Part shown: piece after piece, positions 51,578 to 63,667 of the stretch
Layout of the letters: every line of letters begins with the position of its first letter
How positions within the stretch are numbered: the stretch's first letter is position 1
Source: Gammaproteobacteria bacterium
GTDB taxonomy: Bacteria > Pseudomonadota > Gammaproteobacteria > Acidiferrobacterales > UBA6901
Assembly (NCBI GenBank): GCA_028068195.1
Contig: JAPTTX010000025.1
Location: 1,799 to 65,798 of the forward strand
Length of the DNA: 64,000 bases
Direction: 5' to 3'
Position numbers and translations under genes: made by a program
The notes under the pieces: model-generated
What the model was told of the DNA's origin: nothing
The model's database searches: none
The model's input: only the letters and a program-made list of their open reading frames with translations

Positions 51578-51929
51578 TTGTAACCCCCCCAATTGGGCAT
51601 CCCGCCGAGGGCCACGGGGCCCAGCTCGAGCGCTCTTCTGATGAAGCCAGCAGGAAATTGTTTGGATATTTGAACTATTAAAGTCTAGTACAAGAAACGA
51701 ATTCCGCAGCGGTATTGGATCCATCCTGCTGCCGTCCGTCACCACAGGGGTGCCGCCGATACTGCAGGCTGCCCGGGTGCGTCCTCCGCTCCGGTTCGTT
51801 CCCAATACCCAATTCGAGCCAGCCCCCTTGCGAACCGGCAGGGGACATTACGACTTTGGGCCAACAATATGCACGATCGCCCCTTGGCACGGCTCGGGGG
51901 TGTGGGATATAGTGCTGTCGCGATCAGAA

Positions 51930-52125
51930 TCCCTGCGGGAGAGGCCCTGGGCGTAAGCAGACACCAGGGCGCCGAAGGCGCAACCGCCCGGAAACGCTCA
52001 GGCAAAAGGACCGCAGCAGAGATAGGATCGACTCTGGAGAGCGATCAGGCCGACCCTTGGGTGTTACTCTGGGGCAGGCGCATCCACCGAAGGGGCTCAA
52101 GCTCTCAGGTTACCGGACAGAGGGG
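51930..52125 (+). ncRNA. Tandem glycine riboswitch
   Basis: Aptamer 1 GCGGGAGAG...CGCCGAAGGCGCAA...CTCAGGCAAAAGGACCGC; aptamer 2 CTCTGGAGAG...CACCGAAGGGG...CTCTCAGG...GACAGAGG; upstream of gcvT. Confidence 0.93.
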
Positions 52126-52156
52126 CGATGGACACGACAGTCCATCGCCCTTTTTT
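52121..52156 (+). terminator. Intrinsic terminator, riboswitch expression platform
   Basis: GGGCGATGGAC-N6-GTCCATCGCCC followed by T6; overlaps the 3' end of aptamer 2. Confidence 0.85.
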
Positions 52157-52552
52157 ATTGAGCGAGAGCCAATGGCGTGTTTCGAAACCGCTGTGACTGC
52201 AGTGTCCCCGGCCATCCGGTGCCGCCACGCGCGCAAATTCGTCGGGCACGGTCCCGGTCGCGGGCTGCTAGCTCGGATCGTGGGTACCTCCGGGATTGAG
52301 GCTGGGCCCGCGTGGACGCTGGATTGTGGGAAGCGTCGGCCGAAGTGTTTGCAACCATGGGGAATCTGCGTGGCCAATGCCAGTCGTTTGGACCGTGTCT
52401 GGTCCCAGGCCGGGATTGTCGGCCTTTTGCCCAATGCGAACCGCTTTGCTGCGACCCTGGATCCGAATGGGCTAAAGGGCGGTACCGTGGGCGCGCAATT
52501 CGCGCCACGTCGACCAGATTCTAAACCCAGGTAAAATTCAGCGAGGCGATCC

Positions 52553-53770
52553 ATGGGCTACAGAACACCTCTTTACGACACCCATGTGAAAATGGGCGCC
52601 AAGATCGTTGATTTCGGCGGCTGGGACATGCCGCTGCACTACGGATCCCAGATCGAGGAACACCACAAGGTCAGACAGGATGCGGGAATGTTCGATGTCT
52701 CGCACATGAATGTGGTGGACATCAAGGGTGCCAACGTGCGCCCGTTTCTCGGGTTGCTCATGGGATCCCAGATCGAGGAACACCACAAGGTCAGACAGGA
52801 TGCGGGAATGTTCGATGTCTCGCACATGAATGTGGTGGACATCAAGGGTGCCAACGTGCGCCCGTTTCTCGGGTTGCTCATGGCCAACAGCGTGGACAAG
52901 CTGCGGACCCAGGGCAAGGCGATGTATACCTGCATGCTGAACGCCAGGGGCGGGGTGATCGACGATCTGATCGTGTACTACATGAACGAACAGTGGTTCC
53001 GCCTGGTCATGAACTCCTCAACCCGCAGCAAGGATCTGGCGTGGCTGGATGCGACCTCGCGGGAAATGGAAGGGGTCAGCATTCTGCCGAGGCCGGATCT
53101 GGGCATCATTGCCGTGCAGGGTCCGAATGCACGCGAAAAGGTCTATCAGGCTCTGGGAGAAGGTCTGCGTTCCGCGACCGAAAAACTCAAGCCTTTCTTT
53201 GCGACCAGCATCGGCGAACTGTTCGTCGCCACGACCGGCTATACCGGGGAAGACGGCTTCGAGCTCATACTTCCGGGAAAGGCCGCCCCCTACAGCTGGC
53301 AGGGGCTGGCCGAGGCGGGGGTCGCGCCGATTGGGCTGGGTGCGCGTGATACCCTGCGACTGGAGGCGGGCATGAATCTCTATGGCCACGACATGGATGA
53401 AACCACTACGCCGCTGGAATCCGGACTTGCCTGGACCGTGGGCTGGGATCCCGCAAGCCGCAACTTCGTGGGGCGCGAGGTTCTGGAGCGGCAACGTGCC
53501 GAAGGTGTAACGCGCAAGCTGGTCGGGCTAGTGCTTGAGGGCAAAGGTGTCCTGCGGGATCATCAAAAGGTCATCTGCGGGTCTGCCGGAGAGGGCGAGA
53601 TCACCAGCGGCGGCTTTTCGCCGACGTTGGGTAAGGCCATAGCCCTGGCGCGCCTGCCGACCGCCGTCGCCGCAGGCAGCCGGTGCGACGTTGAGGTGCG
53701 CGGAAAACGCCTTGCGGCGCGTGTAGTCAAGTATCCCTTCGTGCGAAATGGCAAGAGCTGTGTGGAATAA
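52553..53770 (+). CDS. gcvT: Glycine cleavage system aminomethyltransferase T (with in-frame 40-aa duplication)
   Basis: [16 protein letters not shown] (twice), [23 protein letters not shown]. Confidence 0.96.
   Translation: MGYRTPLYDTHVKMGAKIVDFGGWDMPLHYGSQIEEHHKVRQDAGMFDVSHMNVVDIKGANVRPFLGLLMGSQIEEHHKVRQDAGMFDVSHMNVVDIKGANVRPFLGLLMANSVDKLRTQGKAMYTCMLNARGGVIDDLIVYYMNEQWFRLVMNSSTRSKDLAWLDATSREMEGVSILPRPDLGIIAVQGPNAREKVYQALGEGLRSATEKLKPFFATSIGELFVATTGYTGEDGFELILPGKAAPYSWQGLAEAGVAPIGLGARDTLRLEAGMNLYGHDMDETTTPLESGLAWTVGWDPASRNFVGREVLERQRAEGVTRKLVGLVLEGKGVLRDHQKVICGSAGEGEITSGGFSPTLGKAIALARLPTAVAAGSRCDVEVRGKRLAARVVKYPFVRNGKSCVE
52643..52882 (+). repeat. Perfect 120-bp tandem duplication inside gcvT
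   Basis: 52643-52762 identical to 52763-52882. Confidence 0.97.
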
Positions 53771-53785
53771 CCGAGGAAAAATTCG

Positions 53786-54181
53786 ATGAGTGAGATACCG
53801 AAAGATCTCAAGTACACCAAGTCCCACGAATGGGTAAAGGCCATGCCGGACGGCTCCGTGGCGGTCGGAATCACCGATCATGCCCAGCAATTGTTGGGTG
53901 ATCTGGTGTTCATGGAGTTGCCCAAGGTCGGAGCTGAATTCGCAGCCGGCAAGGAATGCGCGGTGGTCGAGTCGGTGAAGGCGGCCTCGGATGTCTACGC
54001 CCCGGTAAGTGGCAGGATAGTCGAGGTGAACGGGCTCCTGACCGATGCACCGGAGACGGTCAACAAGGACGCATACGGAGACGGCTGGCTGTTCCGCCTG
54101 AAACCGGGGAGTCCGGGCGAGCTCAAGTCGCTGCTTGACGCCTCCGCCTACAAGGCGGTGGTAGAGGCGGAAAGCCATTGA
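53786..54181 (+). CDS. gcvH: Glycine cleavage system H protein
   Basis: [19 protein letters not shown] lipoyl-lysine motif. Confidence 0.97.
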   Translation: MSEIPKDLKYTKSHEWVKAMPDGSVAVGITDHAQQLLGDLVFMELPKVGAEFAAGKECAVVESVKAASDVYAPVSGRIVEVNGLLTDAPETVNKDAYGDGWLFRLKPGSPGELKSLLDASAYKAVVEAESH

Positions 54182-54262
54182 GTGACGCTGGCTGCGTGGC
54201 CTTCAGCAACTTCGCGCCGGCTCGGGCTGATATGGCCGGCGCTGACTGACAAGGTATTGTCT

Positions 54263-55651
54263 ATGCCATTCATACCCCATACCGATGCCGACATAAGGGC
54301 GATGCTCGCGGTCATCGGTATCCAGGATATCGACCAGCTGTTCGATGAGATCCCGGCGCCGCTGCATGGCGCGCAACTCGCGGCCGTGCCCGAAGCGCTG
54401 ACCGAAATGGAGATCGGGCGCCTGATGCAGGAGCGTGCCGAGACCGACGGGCGATACCTCTGCTTTATCGGAGCCGGTGCCTATGAACACCACATTCCGG
54501 CGGCGGTCTGGCAGGTTGCCACGCGCGGCGAATTCTATTCTGCCTATACACCCTACCAGGCGGAAGCCAGCCAGGGCACCCTTCAGCTTCTGTACGAATA
54601 CCAGACGATGATGGCCAGCCTGACCGGCATGGACGTATCGAACGCTTCTCTCTACGACGGAGCTTCTGCCCTGGCAGAGGCGGTGCTGATGGCAATCCGG
54701 TTGCACCGGAAGGGGCGCAAGGTGCTCGTGCCTCGGTCCGTCCATCCCGCATATCGCAAGGTTGCCAGAACGATCGTGCACAATCAGGGTATTGAACTCA
54801 TAGAGCCGGACTACGATATGAAGTCCGGAAGCAGTCCACTGAATGCGCTGGAGAGGCATTACAGCGAAGACTGTGCCGCGCTCGTGATTTCACAGCCGAA
54901 TTTCTTCGGCGTGCTGGAGGACGTGGATGCCCTGACCGACTGGGCACATGGGCACAGACTGCTTGTCATTGCCTGTGTTAACCCCACTTCTCTCGCGCTA
55001 CTCAAGGCTCCTGGCGAATGGGGCAGCGCCGGCGCGGATATCGTTGTCGGTGAGGGCCAGCCACTGGGCGTGCCTCTGTCTTCCGGCGGCCCGTATTTCG
55101 GATTCATGGCCACCAGGCAGGAATATGTGCGCCAGATGCCCGGACGCATCATCGGCCGTACCGTCGACCGGGACGGTCGACCCGGCTTTACGCTTACGCT
55201 GCAGGCCCGCGAGCAACATATCCGCCGCTCCAAGGCCACTTCGAATATCTGCACGAACCAGGGCCTTCTGGTTACCGCTGCGACCATCTATATGTCACTG
55301 CTTGGCCCCGAAGGGCTGGAGCGGGTGGCAGCGCAGTCACACGCAAACGTTATTGCGCTGCTGGCGCGATTAGGATCCGTTGCCGGGGTGGAACCGGTAT
55401 TCGACCACCCGGTTTTCCACGAGGTTGTCTTGCGCCTGAATTCCCCAGTGGGTGATGTTTTGCGCGCCATGGAGGCTCAGGGAATTCTGGCCGGCTTCGC
55501 GCTCACAGACGACTACCCGGAACTTGGCCAGTGCCTGCTCGTCTGCGCCACCGAAACCAAGACGACCGCCGACATCGACCGCTACACAGAACAGATGCAG
55601 CGCATACTGAGCAAGCGCCGCCTGGATCCGCCGTGCGCGCAGAAGATGTAA
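54263..55651 (+). CDS. gcvPA: Glycine dehydrogenase subunit 1
   Basis: [36 protein letters not shown]. Confidence 0.96.
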   Translation: MPFIPHTDADIRAMLAVIGIQDIDQLFDEIPAPLHGAQLAAVPEALTEMEIGRLMQERAETDGRYLCFIGAGAYEHHIPAAVWQVATRGEFYSAYTPYQAEASQGTLQLLYEYQTMMASLTGMDVSNASLYDGASALAEAVLMAIRLHRKGRKVLVPRSVHPAYRKVARTIVHNQGIELIEPDYDMKSGSSPLNALERHYSEDCAALVISQPNFFGVLEDVDALTDWAHGHRLLVIACVNPTSLALLKAPGEWGSAGADIVVGEGQPLGVPLSSGGPYFGFMATRQEYVRQMPGRIIGRTVDRDGRPGFTLTLQAREQHIRRSKATSNICTNQGLLVTAATIYMSLLGPEGLERVAAQSHANVIALLARLGSVAGVEPVFDHPVFHEVVLRLNSPVGDVLRAMEAQGILAGFALTDDYPELGQCLLVCATETKTTADIDRYTEQMQRILSKRRLDPPCAQKM

Positions 55652-55675
55652 CTACATCACCAAGGAGGAATTGAT

Positions 55676-56176
55676 ATGGCAACCGTAACGCTGAAGGGCA
55701 ACCCCATACAGGTTTTCGGCGATCTTCCGAGGATAGGCAGCAAGGCGCCGGATTTCCGTCTGACGGACTCGGAGCTGCATGACGTCACCCTCGCGAGCTT
55801 CAAGGGCAAGAAGAAGCTTCTCAACATCGTTCCGAGTCTCGATACGCCGGTGTGCGCCACCAGTACCAGGAAATTCAACGATCAAGCCAAGGACCGGAGC
55901 GACATTGTGGTGTTGATCGTCTCCGCCGACCTGCCGTTTGCGCAGAACCGCTTCTGCAGCACCGAAAATGCCGGAAGCGTGGTGACGCTGTCCATGATGC
56001 GCGACCGCCATTTTGCCAAGGATTACGGAGTGCTGATCGAGGACGGCCCGCTTGCCGGCATCACAGCGCGCGCGGTGGTGGTGCTCGACCAGGGCGACAA
56101 CGTGGTGTACACCGAACTCGTTCCGGAAATCGCGCAGGAACCGAACTACGATAAGGCCATTGCCGCGCTGAAGTAA
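55676..56176 (+). CDS. tpx: Thiol peroxidase (atypical 2-Cys peroxiredoxin)
   Basis: [32 protein letters not shown]; AAGGAGG RBS. Confidence 0.95.
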   Translation: MATVTLKGNPIQVFGDLPRIGSKAPDFRLTDSELHDVTLASFKGKKKLLNIVPSLDTPVCATSTRKFNDQAKDRSDIVVLIVSADLPFAQNRFCSTENAGSVVTLSMMRDRHFAKDYGVLIEDGPLAGITARAVVVLDQGDNVVYTELVPEIAQEPNYDKAIAALK

Positions 56177-56282
56177 CGGAGCCGGGCCCTCCGGCAGCAC
56201 AGCAGACGCCCCGCCTGATTGCCGGATCGCGATCCGGGTATGCATTGTATTGGAGACAAACGTGCTTGCGCAGGTTAAGAAC

Positions 56283-57737
56283 ATGCTGATATTTGAGCTT
56301 TCCCGTCCGGGGCGCCGCAACCCGTCTCAGGCCCCCTCCCTCGCCCCCGAAATCAGGGATATCCCCCCGGAGCTGCGGCGCCGGACACGTGCGGCCCTTC
56401 CCGAAGTCTCGGAGATGCAGGCTGTGCGCCACTACACCAGGCTGTCGCAGAAGAATTTCTCGATCGACACGCATTTTTATCCGCTCGGTTCGTGCACGAT
56501 GAAGTACAACCCGCGGGCATGCAATACATATTCCATGCTGCCGCAGTTTCTTGCCAGACACCCGCTTGCATCAGCGGCTGCGGGCCAGGGATTTCTGGCC
56601 TGTCTGTTCGAGCTGCAGGAAATACTCAAAGACGTGACCGGAATGAGGGCGGTGTCGCTCACGCCCATGGCGGGTGCGCAAGGCGAATTTGCCGGTGTCG
56701 CAATGATCCGTGCCTATCACGAATCGCGCGGCGACACGGGGCGCACCGAAATTCTGGTGCCGGACGCTGCTCACGGGACCAATCCTGCTACCGCCGTCAT
56801 GTGCGGCTACACCGTGCGCGAGATCCCGACGGATGCGCATGGAGGCATAGATATAGCAAAGCTGCGGACTGCCGTGGGACTCCAGACCGCCGGCCTGATG
56901 CTCACCAATCCGTCGACGCTCGGGGTGTTCGAGAGGGACATCCAGGAAGTGCAGCGGATTGTGCACGAGGCGGGCGGCCTGCTCTATTACGACGGCGCAA
57001 ACCTGAACGCGATTCTGGGAAAGGTCAAACCTGGCAGTATGGGTTTTGACGTCATTCACATGAATCTGCACAAAACCTTCTCCACGCCGCACGGCGGCGG
57101 CGGACCAGGCGCCGGGCCGGTTGGCGTCAATGATCGGCTTCTGCCCTTCCTGCCTGTTCCGGTGGTGGCGCAGTCACGGGACGGAAGCTATTTCGTCGAA
57201 ACTGAGAAAGACCGCCCACAGTCGATTGGCCGTCTTTCCGCATACATGGGGAATGCCGGGATCCTGCTGCGCGCCTATATCTACGCGCGACTGCTCGGAA
57301 GAGAGGGCATGAAGCGCGTTGCGGAGTTCGCAACGCTCAACGCGAACTATATGCTCGCCCGCCTCAAGCAGCAGGGATTCACCGCCGCATTTCCGGATCG
57401 CCGGGCGACCCATGAGTTCATCATTACGCTGAAACCCGTCAAGGATGCGACCGGCGTAACTGCCATGGATGTCGCCAAGCGGCTCCTGGACAAGGGATTC
57501 CATGCGCCAACCACATACTTTCCGATGCTGGTTCCGGAGTGCTTTCTGATAGAGCCGACAGAGACGGAAAGCAAGGAAGAACTCGACGGTTTCCTGGCGG
57601 CCATGGAGGAGATTGTTCAGGAGGCGCGCGCCAATCCCGATCTGGTCAAGAATGCCCCGCATACCACCCCAGTGCGGCGGCTCGACGATGTGAGGGCGGC
57701 ACGCGAACTCGACTTGAAATGGAAGGCGGCAATTTAG
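56283..57737 (+). CDS. gcvPB: Glycine dehydrogenase subunit 2
   Basis: [36 protein letters not shown]-lysine, IEPTETE. Confidence 0.96.
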   Translation: MLIFELSRPGRRNPSQAPSLAPEIRDIPPELRRRTRAALPEVSEMQAVRHYTRLSQKNFSIDTHFYPLGSCTMKYNPRACNTYSMLPQFLARHPLASAAAGQGFLACLFELQEILKDVTGMRAVSLTPMAGAQGEFAGVAMIRAYHESRGDTGRTEILVPDAAHGTNPATAVMCGYTVREIPTDAHGGIDIAKLRTAVGLQTAGLMLTNPSTLGVFERDIQEVQRIVHEAGGLLYYDGANLNAILGKVKPGSMGFDVIHMNLHKTFSTPHGGGGPGAGPVGVNDRLLPFLPVPVVAQSRDGSYFVETEKDRPQSIGRLSAYMGNAGILLRAYIYARLLGREGMKRVAEFATLNANYMLARLKQQGFTAAFPDRRATHEFIITLKPVKDATGVTAMDVAKRLLDKGFHAPTTYFPMLVPECFLIEPTETESKEELDGFLAAMEEIVQEARANPDLVKNAPHTTPVRRLDDVRAARELDLKWKAAI

Positions 57738-57886
57738 GATCTTGTGCCGCTCCCCGTGAACATTGGGTCCGCTCGGCAGGCGTTTCCGGTATACTGCGCG
57801 CCAAAAGGTCCCGGTGCTGGCTGCTGCCCGCGATGCGCCGCGGTGACCATGCGACGTGACCGCGGGCAGCGTCCGGAGAGAATTTC

Positions 57887-58819
57887 ATGACGGTACTGAT
57901 CTGTGGTTCGTTCGCGTTCGACACCATCATGGTGTACCCGGACCGGTTCAAGAATCATATCCTTCCAGAGCAGGTGCATATCCTCAACGTTTCGTTTCTG
58001 GTGCCCCAGATGCGGCGGGAGTTTGGCGGCTGTGCTGGCAATATTGGCTACAATCTGCAGATGCTTGGCGGCGATGCGCTGACCATGGGAACGGTCGGGG
58101 ACGACTTCGAGGCCTACGCCCGCTGGCTGGATCGCTGGGGCGTACGGCGTGACCACGTCACCGTGGTACCCGGAACCTTCACCGCACAGGCCTTCATTAC
58201 GACGGACCTGGACGACAACCAGATTACCGCTTTCCATCCGGGTGCAATGGGTTATTCGCACCTCAATTCAGTCAGCCAGGCAGGTCCGGTGAGTCTCGGA
58301 ATCGTCTCACCGGATGGCCGCGACGGCATGCTGCTGCACGCCCAGCAGTTCGCTGATGCCGGCATACCCTTCATATTCGACCCGGGCCAGGGGATGCCGA
58401 TGTTCGATGGCGCCGAGCTCGACGCCTTTCTCGAGCAGGCCACCTACCTGAGCGTCAACGATTATGAGTGCAAGCTGCTCCAGGAACGTACGGGAAAGTC
58501 GCTGCGGGAACTTGCGGCGCGCGTGGATGGATTGATCCTCACCCGGGGCGGTGAAGGGTCCGAGATTCATTCAAGGGGACAGAAATATGTGATTCCCGCG
58601 GCCAGGGCGCAGCAAATCGTCGACCCCACCGGATGTGGGGATGCCTACCGTGCCGGACTCCTGTACGGTATCGCGCACGGCATGGACTGGGACACGACTG
58701 GACGCATTGCCGCGCTGATGGGCGCGATCAAGATCGAATGCCACGGGACCCAGAATCACCGCGTCGAACCGGCTGGGTTCGCCGACCGTTTCCGACGCGA
58801 ATTCGGCTACGCTTTCTGA
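57887..58819 (+). CDS. PfkB-family carbohydrate/nucleoside (adenosine-like) kinase
   Basis: GSFAFD, GGCAGNI, FDPGQ, DPTGCGDAYRAG. Confidence 0.92.
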   Translation: MTVLICGSFAFDTIMVYPDRFKNHILPEQVHILNVSFLVPQMRREFGGCAGNIGYNLQMLGGDALTMGTVGDDFEAYARWLDRWGVRRDHVTVVPGTFTAQAFITTDLDDNQITAFHPGAMGYSHLNSVSQAGPVSLGIVSPDGRDGMLLHAQQFADAGIPFIFDPGQGMPMFDGAELDAFLEQATYLSVNDYECKLLQERTGKSLRELAARVDGLILTRGGEGSEIHSRGQKYVIPAARAQQIVDPTGCGDAYRAGLLYGIAHGMDWDTTGRIAALMGAIKIECHGTQNHRVEPAGFADRFRREFGYAF

Positions 58820-58828
58820 ACCGGATTT

Positions 58829-59245
58829 CTAATCCCGTATGACCGGGAAATCATCCGCTTCCCACAGGACCAGCCCGCCCGCCAGATTGTAACTGTTGAA
58901 GCCCATCTGGGTGAGCGTGTCCGCCGCGAGCGCGCTGCGTGCGCCGGTATCGCAGTAGACAATGATGGTGCGGTCGCGCGCACTGCAAAGCGGTTCGATG
59001 CGGTGCCCGTTGCCCGGGTCGGCGGCGCCCTCGAGCGTGCCGCGCGGCACCAGCAGCGCTCCTGGAATATGACCCTTGCCATATTCATCGGGTTCCCGCA
59101 CATCGACGATCAGAAGATCGTCATGGTTCTCGATCATTTCGTCGAGTTCGTCCGGATGAATTTCCTGAATGCGCGCTCGCGCTTCACGGATGAAATCCTC
59201 CAGCGTCTTCGGCGCTACCCGCTTGTCTCCGGATCCGCTATTCAT
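58829..59245 (-). CDS. Single-domain rhodanese-like sulfurtransferase
   Basis: [15 protein letters not shown], active-site CDTGAR, NLAGG. Confidence 0.92.
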   Translation of the reverse strand: MNSGSGDKRVAPKTLEDFIREARARIQEIHPDELDEMIENHDDLLIVDVREPDEYGKGHIPGALLVPRGTLEGAADPGNGHRIEPLCSARDRTIIVYCDTGARSALAADTLTQMGFNSYNLAGGLVLWEADDFPVIRD

Positions 59246-61343
59246 GGGCGACGGTCACTGAATCGTATAACTGCATTTCACAGCCGTCGAGCAGAGGTCC
59301 GAGCGCGTCCAGTTCCGTGACCGGCGCGCTGCATGCGTGACCGCTGCAGACGTAGCCGGTGACACCGCCCGTAGCGCCACGACTGGCGAGCACGCCGGGC
59401 ACGACCGTTGCCGTGTCCGGTATCGCCAGCACGATCCGGCGGGGCGCGTAAAAACGTTGGCAGCGTTCGACCCATGGCCCCATGGCTTCCGCGGGACCGC
59501 GCAATACGACCGTCTGTGGCGGTTCAAGGTGTTCCTCCACCGCCCCCAGCAGCGCATTGTGGCCCGATGGGTACGCGGCGGCCTCCCGGTACAGTGCCCG
59601 GATGGTCTTTTCCGCAGCATCGAGAAAATGGGCGTCTCCCAAAATGTGGCCCAAACGCTGCAGCGCGAGCGCAGCGACGCCGTTTCCCGAGGGCAGTGCG
59701 TCATCGCCTGCCGGCTTGGGGCGATGGATGAGGGGTTCGTGATCGTCGGCGGTGAAGAAGAAGGCGCCGTGGCGCTCGTCTTCGTAATGATCGAGGAGCG
59801 TCTCCGCGAGATCGACCGCAAACATCAGATCGCCGTCGCGCCAGCGTGCCTGCACAACTTCGAGCACTCCATCGATGAGGAAGGCATAATCATCCAGGTA
59901 GGCGCCAAGGCGCCCGGCTCCGTCCTTGCACGTGGCGAGCAGGCGGCCGTCTTTCCAGAGGCGCGCGCGCACGAAATCGAGGGCGCGTTGCGCAGAATCG
60001 ATGAAATCGCCGCGGCCGAGAAAGCGCCCAGCATGGGCCATGGCCCTGATGGCAAGCCCGTTCCAGGACGTCAGGACCTTCTCATCGCGTCCGGGGCGAA
60101 CGCGCCGCTCGCGCGCCGCGAAAATCTTGCGGCGGGCGCTGTCAATCACTCTGCGGACCTCCCCGGCCGGCGTCCCTCCGACATCGCTGCCTGCTGCGCA
60201 AACGCGCAAATGCCAGAATTCGTTCTCAAAGTTGGCTGGACGGTTCAGGCCGAAATGCGGTGCCACGACGCGGTACTCGTCATCACTGAGGATTGTCCGA
60301 AGCTCCTCTTTCGTCCACACGTAGAACTTGCCTTCGCGTCCCTCGGAATCGGCGTCGAGCGTCGAATAGTAGCCACCATCGGCAGATTGCATTTCCCGCA
60401 TGAGCCACTCGGCCGTCTCCGTGGCGACTCGCCGGAACAGCTCATCTCCGGTGGCAATCGCCGCGTCGCAGTAAAGAGCCAGCAGCTGTGCATTGTCGTA
60501 CAGCATCTTCTCGAAGTGCGGAATCATCCAATGCTGGTCAACGGAATAGCGGCAGAAGCCGCCCCCAATCTGGTCGTAGATTCCGCCCAGCGCCATGGCG
60601 CTCAGTGTGTGCCTGGCCATGGCAAGGGCTCCGAGGTCCGGTTCGCGGGGCGCCGATGCCCATTGGCGCAGGCAACGATCGATGTTGGTCGGATGCGGAA
60701 ACTTCGGGGCACCGCCCCAGCCCCCTTCGCGCGCGTCAAAATGCTCTGCGAGCTCGCGTCTGGCGGCAGCCAGCAGTTCTGGTCCCGGCAGCAATCCCGG
60801 CTCCGGCGCGCCCGGCTGAATGCGCCCAAACGCGTTGCGGATCGCGGTATTCTGGGCAGTGATCTCGCTGCGCTGATCGCGGAAATACGTGGCTACCCGG
60901 CGCAGTATGTCGGTGAACGCCGGCATTCCGTAGCGGGGAGCGTTCGGAAAATACGTCCCCCCGAAAAAGGGCGTGTGATCGTCGGGGGACAGAAACATGG
61001 TGAGCGGCCAGCCGCCCGGCCGCTGCGCCAGCATCTGATAGGCGAGCTGGTAGATTTTATCCAGGTCCGGACGCTCTTCGCGGTCAACCTTGATGCACAC
61101 GTACAAGGTATTCATCAGACCGGCCACCGCTTCGTCCTCAAACGATTCCTGCTCCATTACGTGGCACCAGTGGCAAGCCGAATAGCCGATCGACAGCAAA
61201 ATGGGCTTGTCTTCCGACCGTGCCTTTTCATGCGCTTCGGCGCCCCACGGGAACCAGTCTACCGGGTTGTGTGCGTGCTGCAGCAGATAAGGGCTGGTTT
61301 CGTCGATCAGCCGGTTGGTGTGACGCGCGGTGGTGGAGGACAT
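59238..61343 (-). CDS. YyaL/SSP411-like thioredoxin domain-containing protein
   Basis: [39 protein letters not shown]. Confidence 0.94.
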   Translation of the reverse strand: MSSTTARHTNRLIDETSPYLLQHAHNPVDWFPWGAEAHEKARSEDKPILLSIGYSACHWCHVMEQESFEDEAVAGLMNTLYVCIKVDREERPDLDKIYQLAYQMLAQRPGGWPLTMFLSPDDHTPFFGGTYFPNAPRYGMPAFTDILRRVATYFRDQRSEITAQNTAIRNAFGRIQPGAPEPGLLPGPELLAAARRELAEHFDAREGGWGGAPKFPHPTNIDRCLRQWASAPREPDLGALAMARHTLSAMALGGIYDQIGGGFCRYSVDQHWMIPHFEKMLYDNAQLLALYCDAAIATGDELFRRVATETAEWLMREMQSADGGYYSTLDADSEGREGKFYVWTKEELRTILSDDEYRVVAPHFGLNRPANFENEFWHLRVCAAGSDVGGTPAGEVRRVIDSARRKIFAARERRVRPGRDEKVLTSWNGLAIRAMAHAGRFLGRGDFIDSAQRALDFVRARLWKDGRLLATCKDGAGRLGAYLDDYAFLIDGVLEVVQARWRDGDLMFAVDLAETLLDHYEDERHGAFFFTADDHEPLIHRPKPAGDDALPSGNGVAALALQRLGHILGDAHFLDAAEKTIRALYREAAAYPSGHNALLGAVEEHLEPPQTVVLRGPAEAMGPWVERCQRFYAPRRIVLAIPDTATVVPGVLASRGATGGVTGYVCSGHACSAPVTELDALGPLLDGCEMQLYDSVTVAHE

Positions 61344-61550
61344 CGGCGTGGGCAGGCAGTAGAGTCAGGGTACACTATAGCGCGTCGCGCTGGCGCTGTC
61401 TGTGTGGGTATGGCCCTTGCGATCTTCCGGCAATTCAGCGCCACAGGCTGCCCGCCTGCCGGCACGGTGCGACCGGGCCACGCCGCCCGGAATTTCCCAT
61501 TCAGGACGGTTTACCGTAAGCTTGCGCCCCCGTAATCTGACACTTTTGTT

Positions 61551-62744
61551 ATGACCTTTGCGCCCCTGCGACTGAAAAGAAACGAAGACCGCCGTCTGCG
61601 TGCGGGTCACGTATGGGTATACAGCAATGAGGTGGACACCGCGGCGACGCCACTGGCGGAATTCGAGCCGGGCCAGGCGGCCGTCATTCAAGATCATGCG
61701 GGTAGGGCTCTAGGTTGTGGTTACGTCAATCCCCACACCCTGATCTGTGCGCGTCTGGTGAGCCGCGATAGTGCCCAGCCCCTCAACCAGTCACTTCTGG
61801 TTCACCGGCTCAACATCTGTCGTGGCTTGCGGGAAAGAATCTTCAGGCAGCCCTATTACCGGCTGGCATTCAGCGATAGCGACGGACTGCCGGGGCTGGT
61901 GGTTGACCGCTACGGGAACGTTGTTGTGGCGCAAATTACCACCGCTGGAATGGAACGGCTCAGAGAGGAGGTTGTTGCAGCGATCGACAAGGTTTTGCAT
62001 CCGCGGGCCATTGTGTTGCGCAACGATAGCGCCAGTCGGGAAGTCGAGGGCCTGGGCAGCTATGTGGAAATCCCCTTGGGCGAGATGCCGGACCGCGTCA
62101 TGATCGAGGAGAACGGGGTGCGCTTCGAAGCCCCGGTGGTAGAGGGCCAGAAGACCGGCTGGTTCTACGACCAACGTATGAATCGCGCGCGCCTGCCGGA
62201 CTATGTCAAAGGAGCCGCGGTGCTCGATTTATTCAGCTACACCGGGGCATGGGGTGTACAGGCGGCCGCGGCCGGCGCGGCGAGCGTGCTGTGCGTCGAG
62301 AGTTCGGCGCGTGCGGTGGACTGGATTCGCGGCAATGCGGCGATGAACGGTGTGGAAGACAGGCTTTCGGTGCTGCACGACGACGCGTTCGAGACGCTTC
62401 GCCAACTGCGCGCCGAGCGCCGTCATTTTGACGTGGTCATCGCGGACCCGCCCGCATTCATCAAGCGGAAGAAGGATGCCAGGGAAGGGGTACGGGCCTA
62501 TCACCGCCTGAACCAGATGGCGATGCAGGTGTTGGCCAAGGACGCCATACTCGTTTCCGCATCCTGTTCCTATCATCTGGCACGCTCCGACTTGCAGCAG
62601 ATTCTGCTGCAATCAAGCCGCCACCTGGACCGGTTCCTGCAGCTAGTCGAGCAGGGCGGACAGGGACCGGATCATCCGGTGCACCCGGCGATTCCCGAAA
62701 CCGGCTATCTCAAGGTATTTTTTTCCCGCATCTTGCCGAGCTGA
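61551..62744 (+). CDS. rlmI: 23S rRNA m5C1962 methyltransferase RlmI-like
   Basis: N-terminal PUA-like GHVWVY, DGLPGLVVD, GQKTGWFYDQR, DPPAF, SCS. Confidence 0.88.
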   Translation: MTFAPLRLKRNEDRRLRAGHVWVYSNEVDTAATPLAEFEPGQAAVIQDHAGRALGCGYVNPHTLICARLVSRDSAQPLNQSLLVHRLNICRGLRERIFRQPYYRLAFSDSDGLPGLVVDRYGNVVVAQITTAGMERLREEVVAAIDKVLHPRAIVLRNDSASREVEGLGSYVEIPLGEMPDRVMIEENGVRFEAPVVEGQKTGWFYDQRMNRARLPDYVKGAAVLDLFSYTGAWGVQAAAAGAASVLCVESSARAVDWIRGNAAMNGVEDRLSVLHDDAFETLRQLRAERRHFDVVIADPPAFIKRKKDAREGVRAYHRLNQMAMQVLAKDAILVSASCSYHLARSDLQQILLQSSRHLDRFLQLVEQGGQGPDHPVHPAIPETGYLKVFFSRILPS

Positions 62745-62804
62745 AGGGATAATATCGGCCAGCGTGCAATCCTAGCTAACAGCCCACATCCGGAGCCCTT
62801 TCCC

Positions 62805-63629
62805 ATGCTTTATGCCCCAGACATCAATCCCATCGCATTCGGATTCCCGCCCTTCAAGATTTTGGGCCACAGTATCCACATAGAAGTCCACTGGTACGGC
62901 CTGATGTATGTTTTCGGGTTCCTGGGACTGTGGTACTTCGCCAACCGCCGTGCACGCCGTCCGGGATCGGGCTGGACGCCAGATCAGGTGGCTGATGCGA
63001 TTTTTTACGGCGCCCTGGGTGTGATCCTCGGTGGGCGCATCGGCTACGTGCTGTTCTATAACCTCGACTACTATATGGCGCACCCGCCCGCGGTATTCGA
63101 AGTATGGGACGGGGGCATGTCGTTTCATGGTGGCTTGCTCGGTGTAATCGTGGCCCTTTGGTTTTTCGGGCGCAAGCACGGAAAGGCGCTCCTGGAGGTC
63201 ACGGATTTTATTGCGCCCTGGGTGCCCCTGGGTCTCGGCGCCGGCCGTATCGGCAACTTCATCAACCAGGAACTATGGGGCAAAGTAACCACCCTGCCGT
63301 GGGGAATGGTGTTCCGTGGCGCCGGCCCGCTGCCACGCCAGCCCTCCCAGCTGTACGAGGCCGCGCTGGAAGGTGTAGCGCTACTGATCATTCTGGTGAC
63401 ATTTTCGCGCAAGCCGCGGCCAATTGGTTCGGTTTCAGCGCTGTTCCTGATTTTCTACGGCATCTTCCGGTTTCTGGCAGAGTTTGTGCGCGTGCCGGAT
63501 CCCCAGCTCGGCTATCTCGCCTTCGGCTGGCTGACCATGGGGCAGCTGCTGAGCGCTCCCATGATCATCATCGGGATCGGCCTATTGATCTGGAGTTATC
63601 GGCGGCACGCCCATGCCGGCAATACCTGA
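62805..63629 (+). CDS. lgt: Prolipoprotein diacylglyceryl transferase
   Basis: [43 protein letters not shown]. Confidence 0.97.
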   Translation: MLYAPDINPIAFGFPPFKILGHSIHIEVHWYGLMYVFGFLGLWYFANRRARRPGSGWTPDQVADAIFYGALGVILGGRIGYVLFYNLDYYMAHPPAVFEVWDGGMSFHGGLLGVIVALWFFGRKHGKALLEVTDFIAPWVPLGLGAGRIGNFINQELWGKVTTLPWGMVFRGAGPLPRQPSQLYEAALEGVALLIILVTFSRKPRPIGSVSALFLIFYGIFRFLAEFVRVPDPQLGYLAFGWLTMGQLLSAPMIIIGIGLLIWSYRRHAHAGNT

Positions 63630-63667
63630 GCGGTTTCCGAGCGCGCCTGACTGCGGAGCCGCCGGAG

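Noticed and set aside
51578-51700. Riboswitch (c-di-GMP or SAM) upstream of the PhnD-like gene
   Set aside because: Consensus elements could not be matched by eye; an Rfam scan would be needed
52643-52882. Repeat considered as a CRISPR array or mobile element footprint
   Set aside because: Two adjacent identical 120-bp copies, no spacers, no cas or transposase genes; a simple tandem duplication
59337-61535. 732-aa plus-strand ORF opposite the YyaL-like gene
   Set aside because: Antisense shadow; the minus-strand protein carries all the family motifs
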